Shown here: positions 57,526 to 64,000 of the stretch, piece after piece
Numbering within the stretch: position 1 is the first letter of the stretch
Layout of the letters: every line of letters begins with the position of its first letter
Origin: Gemmatimonadota bacterium
Lineage (GTDB): Bacteria; Gemmatimonadota; Gemmatimonadetes; Longimicrobiales; Gaopeijiaceae
Reading direction: 5' to 3'
Assembly: GCA_022822445.1 (NCBI GenBank)
Contig: JAJEBR010000054.1
Coordinates: 65,015-129,014 of the forward strand
Length of the DNA: 64,000 nt
Notes under the pieces: model-generated
Database searches by the model: none
Told to the model about the DNA's origin: nothing
The model's input: only the letters and a program-made list of their open reading frames with translations
Made by a program: the position numbers and the translations under genes

Positions 57526-57750
57526 ATGATCGCCGGACTCCCCCTGGATACCTGGGTGCTGATGGTGGTGTCCGTCGTGCCGGGTCTGGTGGTGGTGGCG
57601 ATGGCCTATCGCGCGCACCGGGGGGACATTGGTGACGCGCCGGGGCGTGCCGGCGATGCCTCCGGTGTGACACGCGCGCCGGAACCCCGTCGGGATGCTG
57701 GCCACGACGCGCACCGCCGCGACCACTCGCGGAGCCCCGACGATGCCTGA
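57526..57750 (+). CDS. Small membrane protein preceding the symporter
   Basis: MIAGLPLDTWVLMVVSVVPGLVVVAMAY has one TM segment. GGGAGG SD 5 nt upstream. The stop overlaps the putP ATG (ATGCCTGA). Confidence 0.45.
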   Translation: MIAGLPLDTWVLMVVSVVPGLVVVAMAYRAHRGDIGDAPGRAGDASGVTRAPEPRRDAGHDAHRRDHSRSPDDA

Positions 57751-59269
57751 AGCGACCAGCCCCAACGCCGCCATCATCGCCGTCGTCGTCGGCTACTTCC
57801 TTGTCCTCGTCGCGATCGGCTGGTGGGCGAGCCGCGAGAGCCGTTCGGTCAAGGGGTTCTACGTCGCGGGCAAGAAGCTCCCGTCGTGGGTGATCGCGTT
57901 CTCGTCCAACACCACCGGCGAGAGCGGCTGGCTGCTCCTGGGACTCACCGGGATGGGCTACCTGGTCGGCTTCCACGCGCTCTGGGTCGTCCTCGGCGAA
58001 GTGCTTGGCGTCGCGCTCGCGTGGGCGGTCGTGGCGCGCCCCTTCAAGGAGTTCACCGACCGCTACGACGCGATCACGGTCCCCGACTACCTCACCGACC
58101 GCTTCGCCGACCGGCTCCACATCATCCGCATCGTCAGCGCCATCATCATCTTCACGATGGTCGGCGCGTACACGGCCGCACAGCTCACCGCGACCGGCAA
58201 GGCCTTCTCGTCCTTCATCGGGACCAGCTACGAGGCCGGGGTCTACATCGGCCTCGCCGTCATCCTCCTCTACACCAGCATCGGCGGATTCAAGGCGGTC
58301 GCGTACAGCGACGTGCTCCAGGGCGTCCTCATGTTCCTGTGTCTGCTGATCCTGCCGATCGTGGGGATCTGGCATGCGGGCGGATGGGGCGAGATGCTGG
58401 CGGGCGTCGGCGAAGCGGACCCCGCGTTGCTCAGGCCGATGGGCGAACACGGGCTCACGGTGCCGGGGGTGATGAGCGCGATCAGCTACGTGGGGATCGG
58501 CCTCGCCTTCCTGGGCGCGCCGCAGCTCCTGACCCGCTTCATGTCGGCCCGCAACCGGGGCCAGATCTCGCAGGGCGGGGTGCTCGCGGTGTTCTGCATC
58601 GTGGTCTTCGACATCGGTGCGGTTCTGACCGGCGTGGCCGGCCGCTACCTCTTCCCCGGGCTCGCCGACCACGAGACGATCCTCCCGGTCATGTCCACCG
58701 AGCTCTTCCCGGCGGTGATCGCGGGGGTGATCCTGGTGGTCGTCCTGGCCGCGATCATGTCGACCGTGGACTCGCTGCTGATCCTCGCCTCCTCGTCGAT
58801 CGTGCGGGACATCTTCCAGAAGATCCTCTGGCCGAAGGCCCCTGACCGCACCCTGTCGCTGATCGGCCGGCTCCTCACGATCGTTCTCGGCCTCGCGGGA
58901 CTCGGAGTCGCGCTCAGCGAACCCCGCATGATCTTCTGGTTCGTCCTCTTCGCCTGGTCGGGGCTGGCGTCGGCCTTCACGCCGGTGGTCCTCTGCTCGC
59001 TCTTCTGGCGGCGGACGACGCTGGCGGGCGCGGTCGCGGGGATGATCGCCGGGTTCGCGGCCGCGATGATCTGGGTGGTCTTCGTCAAGGACCACTTCTA
59101 CGATCTCTACGAGATGATCCCCGGTTTCGCGGCGGGCTTTGCCGCAACGATCGGGGTCAGCCTCTACACGAAGCCGCCCCCGGACGGCGGCTCTATCGTC
59201 GACGATGTGAAACGCGTGGTGGGCGGGCCGTTCTCGGCGGGGGAAGGCGACCACGGAAGCGGCGGGTAG
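57743..59269 (+). CDS. putP: Sodium:solute symporter family protein (PutP-like)
   Basis: KGFYVAGKKLPSWVIAFSSNTTGESGWLLLGLTGMGY with about 13 TM segments. Confidence 0.8.
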   Translation: MPEATSPNAAIIAVVVGYFLVLVAIGWWASRESRSVKGFYVAGKKLPSWVIAFSSNTTGESGWLLLGLTGMGYLVGFHALWVVLGEVLGVALAWAVVARPFKEFTDRYDAITVPDYLTDRFADRLHIIRIVSAIIIFTMVGAYTAAQLTATGKAFSSFIGTSYEAGVYIGLAVILLYTSIGGFKAVAYSDVLQGVLMFLCLLILPIVGIWHAGGWGEMLAGVGEADPALLRPMGEHGLTVPGVMSAISYVGIGLAFLGAPQLLTRFMSARNRGQISQGGVLAVFCIVVFDIGAVLTGVAGRYLFPGLADHETILPVMSTELFPAVIAGVILVVVLAAIMSTVDSLLILASSSIVRDIFQKILWPKAPDRTLSLIGRLLTIVLGLAGLGVALSEPRMIFWFVLFAWSGLASAFTPVVLCSLFWRRTTLAGAVAGMIAGFAAAMIWVVFVKDHFYDLYEMIPGFAAGFAATIGVSLYTKPPPDGGSIVDDVKRVVGGPFSAGEGDHGSGG

Positions 59270-59290
59270 ACCGCCTGCCAGGAGTGACAA

Positions 59291-59306
59291 CCCCGCCCGT
59301 GCGGGG
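59291..59306 (+). terminator. GC hairpin after putP (CCCCGC-ccgt-GCGGGG), no U-tract
   Basis: Perfect 6-bp stem with a 4-nt loop, 22 nt after the putP stop. Confidence 0.25.
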
Positions 59307-59327
59307 AACAGCGATCAGGAGGACACG

Positions 59328-61025
59328 ATGAAGTCACTGACAAGAGGCCAGTTCCTGGGAGCCGCCGCGGGCACCGTCGGCGCCGGAATGCTCGTCGGCT
59401 GCGAAGGCGGCCCCGGGGTCGTCCTGCGCACCGACGGGTCGGACGCCACCACCCCCGACCTGATCGTGCACGGCCGCACCGTCCATACCATGGACGACGC
59501 CAACCCGACCGCCGAGTCGTTCGCCGTCAAGGACGGCCGCTTCGTGGCGGTCGGTTCCCGTGGCGACATCGAATCGCTCCGGGGCAGGGGAACCCGGGTC
59601 TTCGACCATGGGGACGCCGTCATCACCCCCGGCTTCATCGACGCGCACACCCACCCGGCCGGCGCGGGGGTCCGCGAGCTGAAGGACGTGAACGTGGACG
59701 TGCGGAGCATCGCCGAGATCAAGGAGCGCATGGCGGCGCGCGCCCGCGAGACGCCGCCCGGCGAGTGGATCCGCGGCTTCAAGTACGACGACACCAAGCT
59801 CGCCGAGGGGCGGCCGCTGAACCGGCTAGACCTGGACGAGGCGCTGCCGGACCACCCCGCGGTCGTCGGCCACCGGGGCGGCCACACCAGCGTCTACAAC
59901 TCGCGCGCCTTCGCGCTGGCGGGCGTGACCGCGGAGACTCCCGATCCGCAGGGCGGCAGGTTCTACCGGGAGGGCGGCGAACTCACCGGCCTGGTCGCGG
60001 AGCGCGCCAACTACGTCTTCTCCGGCCTGATCCCCAGCACCCACACCGACGACGACCGCCGCGCGGGGGTCAAGCTCATCACCGAGCTGATGGCGCAGGC
60101 CGGGCTGACCTCGTTCCACGACGCGGGCACCTCGTCGAGCAGCGTAAGGGCCTACAGCGCCGCCTACCGCAACGGCGAGCTGAGCTGCCGCGTGTACATG
60201 ATGATGCGCGGCGCCTACGCGGACCTGCGCCAGGCCGGCGTCTCCACCGGATTCGGCGACGAGTGGCTGCGCGTCGGCGGGGTGAAGTACGGGGCGGACG
60301 GCTCGGCATCCGAGCGCACCATGCGGATGAGCACCCCGTACGTCGGCCGCCCCGACGACTACGGCATCCTCACCATGACGCGGGAGGCCATCCGCGACGT
60401 CGTCGAGGTCGCGCACCGCTCGGGCTGGCAGGTCGGCATTCACGCCAACGGCGACGTCACCATCGGCATGGTGCTCGACGCCTACGAGCGCGTGCAGGAA
60501 CTGTGGCCGCGGCCCGACGCCAGGCACCGCATCGAGCACTGCTCTCTGGTCAACCCGGATCTCCTCGCGCGCATCAAAGCGGCGGGTGTCGTGCCCACAC
60601 CCTTCTACACCTACGCCCACTACCACGGCAACAAGTGGGTCGAGTACGGCCCCGAGAAGATGGAGTGGATGTTCGCCCACCGTTCGTTCCTCGACTACGA
60701 GATCCCGGTCGCACCGGCGTCCGACTACACCCCCGGCCCCTACGAGCCGCTGATGGCCATCCAGAGCATGGTCACCCGCAAGGACTTCGAGGGCCGCGTC
60801 TGGGGCCCCAGCCAGCGGATCACAGTGCCGGAGGCGATGCGGATCTGCACCATGGGCGGCGCCTACGCATCGTTCGAGGAGGACATCAAGGGCTCGGTCA
60901 CGGCCGGCAAGCTGGCCGACTTCGTGGTGCTGGAGTCCGACCCGCACGACTCCGACCCGGACGCGATCAAGGAGATCCCCGTGCTGAGGACGGTGGCGGG
61001 CGGGAGGGTGACGCACGAAGCGTGA
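59328..61025 (+). CDS. Amidohydrolase-family metallo-hydrolase (YtcJ-like), Tat/lipoprotein signal
   Basis: MKSLTRGQFLGAAAGTVGAGMLVGC; PGFIDAHTHP; GIHANGD; EHCSL. AGGAGG SD. Confidence 0.7.
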   Translation: MKSLTRGQFLGAAAGTVGAGMLVGCEGGPGVVLRTDGSDATTPDLIVHGRTVHTMDDANPTAESFAVKDGRFVAVGSRGDIESLRGRGTRVFDHGDAVITPGFIDAHTHPAGAGVRELKDVNVDVRSIAEIKERMAARARETPPGEWIRGFKYDDTKLAEGRPLNRLDLDEALPDHPAVVGHRGGHTSVYNSRAFALAGVTAETPDPQGGRFYREGGELTGLVAERANYVFSGLIPSTHTDDDRRAGVKLITELMAQAGLTSFHDAGTSSSSVRAYSAAYRNGELSCRVYMMMRGAYADLRQAGVSTGFGDEWLRVGGVKYGADGSASERTMRMSTPYVGRPDDYGILTMTREAIRDVVEVAHRSGWQVGIHANGDVTIGMVLDAYERVQELWPRPDARHRIEHCSLVNPDLLARIKAAGVVPTPFYTYAHYHGNKWVEYGPEKMEWMFAHRSFLDYEIPVAPASDYTPGPYEPLMAIQSMVTRKDFEGRVWGPSQRITVPEAMRICTMGGAYASFEEDIKGSVTAGKLADFVVLESDPHDSDPDAIKEIPVLRTVAGGRVTHEA

Positions 61026-61074
61026 GCATTGCGGTTGCCGGAGGGCCAGTTCCCCTTGAAGGGATCGCACGGAT

Positions 61075-61104
61075 AGACTAAGTTCAGTAAACCAGACTAA
61101 GTTC
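61075..61104 (+). promoter_or_regulatory. Direct repeat AGACTAAGTTC x2 (19-bp phase) upstream of the second phd-vapC module
   Basis: Copies at 61075-61085 and 61094-61104. Can also be read as TAGACT, 18 nt, TAAGTT. Confidence 0.4.
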
Positions 61105-61146
61105 TGACCGGCCCGCTCGGTACCGGCTGCGATGCGAGGAACCCCC

Positions 61147-61392
61147 ATGCGCACCTACAACATGCACGAAGCCAAGACCCATCTTTCCCGTCTGGTGCGG
61201 GAAGCCGTCGATGGCGATCCGTTCATCATCGCGCGCTCGGGCAAGCCGCTGGTGAAGGTCGTGCCGGTCAGCGCACCCGAGCCCGGCGCAATGCGGCGGA
61301 CCGGGTTCATGCGCGGACGGATCTCGGTTCCGGACGACTTCGACATCATGGGATGCGCGGAGATCGAAGCCATGTTCGGGCGCGAACGGTGA
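61147..61392 (+). CDS. Type II antitoxin, Phd/YefM family
   Basis: MRTYNMHEAKTHLSRLVREAVDGDPFIIARSGKPLVKVVP. Confidence 0.75.
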   Translation: MRTYNMHEAKTHLSRLVREAVDGDPFIIARSGKPLVKVVPVSAPEPGAMRRTGFMRGRISVPDDFDIMGCAEIEAMFGRER

Positions 61393-61775
61393 CAGTTCTC
61401 CTCGACACCCATCTGCTCCTGTGGGCCGCAGGGTTCCCCGATCGCCTGTCGGCGGATGCGCGCGACATCCTGAACCACCCCGACACGAAGCTGGTCTACA
61501 GCGCCGCATCGCTGTGGGAAGTTGCCATCGAGAGCGGACTGGGGCGCGCCGACTTCGTCGTCGATCCGCGGCTTCTCCGACGCGGACTCCTCGAAAACGG
61601 CTACACCGAACTGCCGGTCACCGGAGCCCACGCGGTTGCCGTCGACCTGCTCCCCGACATCCACCGGGACCCGTTCGACCGGATTCTCGTCGCCCAGGCC
61701 CAGGCGGAGGGAATCACGCTGTTGACGATGGACGAGGCGGTGGGCCGGTATCCGGGGCCGATCAGGGTGGTGTGA
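61389..61775 (+). CDS. vapC: Type II toxin VapC (PIN domain)
   Basis: GTGA overlap with the antitoxin stop. LLDTHLLLW, SLWEVAIE, DPFDRILVAQA, LLTMDEAV. Confidence 0.8.
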   Translation: MTVLLDTHLLLWAAGFPDRLSADARDILNHPDTKLVYSAASLWEVAIESGLGRADFVVDPRLLRRGLLENGYTELPVTGAHAVAVDLLPDIHRDPFDRILVAQAQAEGITLLTMDEAVGRYPGPIRVV

Positions 61776-61855
61776 GGGGGGGTGCGGGCTGGCCCACGGC
61801 TCTTCGCCTGCGTGCCGGATTCCGGCTACCGGCTCCGCGGCCCGATGATTGCGTC

Positions 61856-62340
61856 GTGATCGCTTCGGCTGGTTTCGCTGATGACCCGAGACTATCTTTC
61901 GAAGCCACGAGCGAGCATCCGCACCTCGTAAATGCGCCGATTCGCGAGGCCCTGATCGACTTTCGGGTCCGGCTTCCCCCGGCTTTCTCGCCCGAGACGC
62001 TGCTCGCGTTGACCGAGGAGTTGAGCGCGCAGTATCCCTTCCGCCGTCGGGGCAACTTGCGGAGGTCTTCAGTGTACCGCCGGTAGTGCCGGACGGCAGG
62101 ATCGACTCCCTCCTCTTCCGGTATCAGCTGGCACCAACAAATGGGGTGACGGCGATCGTATCGCTGGCAACCGGGGACGGTCCTGACCCGTCTATGATAC
62201 TGGACATCGACTGTTTCGTGAGGAAGTCCTTTCCGACTGATGACGACGCACTTCAACGCCAACTTCGGAAGGTGCGGGATGCGAAGAACCGGATCTTCTT
62301 CGGCAGCCTGACCCCCGAGACCATCGAGAGGTTCAAATGA
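61856..62340 (+). pseudogene. TIGR04255-like gene, frameshifted and internally shortened
   Basis: The N-terminal piece (61856-62086) contains HLVNAPIREALIDFRV. The C-terminal piece (frame +2, 62086-62340) contains MILDIDCFV...NRIFFGSLTPETIERFK. Together they give about 160 aa, versus my recollection of about 260-280 aa for the family. Confidence 0.35.
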
Positions 62341-62843
62341 CGGCCAGAGCAGCGAGCATGGTCCTGCCAGGGCCAAGACTCCCTCAACTGAGCACGGACC
62401 GAGGGGCCAGTCCAGAGTCGCGTGTCGTCTGGATGGCGGTCTTGTCGGTCGAGCGCAGCGCGTGGGACACCGAGCAGAGCCATGTCCGGCGCCAGCGAGA
62501 CCTCGCCCTCGCCGAAGCATTCCACGAATGTTCCGAGCCTGACTGGGACGGGTACGGTGCGGAACCCGCGAACGAATTGTCCATGAAGTGGACGAAACGG
62601 GTGCTGTCGACATTCCCCGATTGTCTGGGTGTTCCGGACATCGTGTTCGAACCGGACGGAGATGCAGGGTTGGAGTGGTGGCGAGGGCCGGATAGGGTAC
62701 TATCGGTCAGCGTCGGTCGAAACGGCGAACTTCGGTACGCCGCTCGGCTGAACGCGACCATGGTCATTGGAACCGAGGTATTCGCGGACGGGCTGCCGAG
62801 ACGCCTGGTCGAGGCGGCGTTAGAGTTGGTTGAGCAGGGTTAG
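62337..62843 (+). CDS. Hypothetical protein (168 aa)
   Basis: ATGA overlap with the preceding ORF. Central motif EPDWDGYGAEPANELSMKWTKRVL...PDIVFEPDGDAGLEWW. No family name recalled, and the true start may be internal. Confidence 0.45.
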   Translation: MTARAASMVLPGPRLPQLSTDRGASPESRVVWMAVLSVERSAWDTEQSHVRRQRDLALAEAFHECSEPDWDGYGAEPANELSMKWTKRVLSTFPDCLGVPDIVFEPDGDAGLEWWRGPDRVLSVSVGRNGELRYAARLNATMVIGTEVFADGLPRRLVEAALELVEQG

Positions 62844-63163
62844 TTGAGCAGACAGGATCGCTCGGCATCGAGTGAGGCTCTCCCGCTCACGCGCTTTGCC
62901 TTCACCAGGAGGTGGGTATCGAAGGCAGGTGGTGGATTCCGGCTCAAATACCACGCCTTCATGCCCAGATCGGTGCATGGACGCCCGCTTGAAGTCTCAG
63001 TTTCCGGGTGGACGGTCTGACCGAACCGCAGATCTGGGAACACGGTCGTCGGCACGCTCTTCCCCCGGGCCGGAACTTCCATGGCCGAGGCGATGTGGCG
63101 CTGGGGGTAGTGGAGGCCACAGGTCCGTTGCGAGTCGACTTTGATGAATCGCCTCCAAGGCAT
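62840..63163 (-). CDS. Hypothetical protein (107 aa from internal ATG)
   Basis: Track ORF 62840..63340 trimmed to MPWRRFIKVD... Lower-GC DNA, convergent with 62337..62843 with a 4-nt overlap. No family recognised. Confidence 0.3.
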   Translation of the reverse strand: MPWRRFIKVDSQRTCGLHYPQRHIASAMEVPARGKSVPTTVFPDLRFGQTVHPETETSSGRPCTDLGMKAWYLSRNPPPAFDTHLLVKAKRVSGRASLDAERSCLLN

Positions 63164-63480
63164 GCCAACGTGGTCGGATGGCCGAAGGAGCGGGACCAGC
63201 AATTGGCCCTGGCGCAGAGCTTGGCCAGCGCAGCTCGGTCTGTGCGTCCCCCGGCGAATTGATCCAGGAGGACGGCGAGGGGCGGGTGACGTGGGAGCCA
63301 TGGCGCGGATCTGGAGTCCGCCGATTCGGACTTCCACCATCGCGCCAGGCCGGCCGGCGTGACTCCGCCTGCTCTGCCGTCATTCCGGGCCGCTCGTGCG
63401 GACCGCCGGTCACTCGCTACCTTGAGGCGAAGAACTGCCGCTTCCCCCCAAGGCCACCTCACAACCACCGGCTCCACCCC

Positions 63481-64000
63481 GTGCCCGATTCCACCGTTCT
63501 CTTCTTCCCCACCCCCGCCGACCTGCGCGCCTGGTTCGCCGAGAACCACGACCGCCGCGACGAGCTGTGGGTCGGCTACTACAGGAAGGCGACCGGGCTG
63601 CCCAGCATCGACTGGCCCGAATCGGTGGACGAGGCGCTCTGCTTCGGCTGGATCGACGGAATCCGCAAGTCAATCGACGACAAGCGCTACAGGATCCGGT
63701 TCACGCCGCGCCGCCGGGGGAGTCACTGGAGCGCGCGCAACCTCGGTCGCATGGAGCATCTGATCTCCGAAGGGCTGGTCACGGAGGCCGGGATGGCGGC
63801 CTACCGCGCCCGCAATCCGGCCAGGGAGGCCCAGGCGTCCCACGAGCAGCGAAACGTGTCGCTCCCGCCGGAATATGAACGAGCGCTCCGGGCGGACCAC
63901 GACGCCTGGAGCTACCTTCAGCAGGCTCGCCCGTCCTATCGCAAGCAGGTGACGTGGTGGGTGATCAGCGCGAAGCGGGAGGAGACGCGGCGCCGTCGGC
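63481..64000 (+). CDS. YdeI/OmpD-associated family protein (partial; runs off the right edge)
   Basis: Own translation (no stop in the window, so absent from the track): VPDSTVLFFPTPADLRAWFAENHDRRDELWVGYYRKATGLPSIDWPESVDEALCFGWIDGIRKSIDDKRYRIRFTPRRRGSHWSARNL... Confidence 0.6.
   Translation, partial: MPDSTVLFFPTPADLRAWFAENHDRRDELWVGYYRKATGLPSIDWPESVDEALCFGWIDGIRKSIDDKRYRIRFTPRRRGSHWSARNLGRMEHLISEGLVTEAGMAAYRARNPAREAQASHEQRNVSLPPEYERALRADHDAWSYLQQARPSYRKQVTWWVISAKREETRRRR

Overview
High-GC bacterial chromosomal segment, about 68-72 % G+C by spot counts in most genes. It is densely coding on both strands with roughly 60 genes. I recognise no rRNA, tRNA, CRISPR array, integrase or transposase. 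Core content: a complete alternative complex III operon actABCDEF (14.3-22.1 kb); gcvH-gcvP plus a lipoate-ligase-like gene; csp-polA-ssb; a short (286 aa) RpoD-like sigma factor; an Omp85-family protein; maeB-pckA; an mmsA/aminotransferase/PutP/amidohydrolase block; BCCT and MFS transporters; two ABC exporters; a luxE-luxC-like acyl-protein synthetase/reductase pair; and a 59-aa tatA that the ORF track misses. Accessory content: two phd-vapC modules, a dinJ antitoxin followed by only a 22-codon yafQ remnant, an orphan AbrB/MazE-like gene, a lower-GC islet (about 53-60 %; 36.7-41.0 kb) with three secreted (lipo)proteins, two of them beta-propeller-like, and a second lower-GC islet (61.8-63.4 kb) with a broken TIGR04255-like gene. 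The most striking unexplained signal is a 39-bp AT-rich bipartite element: two 18-bp palindromic boxes (TGTAAWG-N4-CATKACA) separated by exactly 3 bp. It occurs six times, always in intergenic DNA: 6792, 13917, 20052, 34078, 41377, 53485. Two copies abut or overlap start codons, one of them inside the ACIII operon. I cannot assign it to a known regulator. Other oddities: polA carries Asn in place of the invariant motif-C Asp plus dense G-tracts; luxE has a Gly-rich tandem-repeat insertion right after its TSGTTG loop; ssb lacks the C-terminal tail; and there is an iteron-like 22-bp repeat array at the left edge. ACIII and the short sigma factor make me guess an FCB-group/Gemmatimonadota-like organism, but that is inference only. 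All product calls rest on my own motif recognition; no database search was run. Many long ORFs in the track are antisense shadow ORFs typical of high-GC DNA and were discarded.
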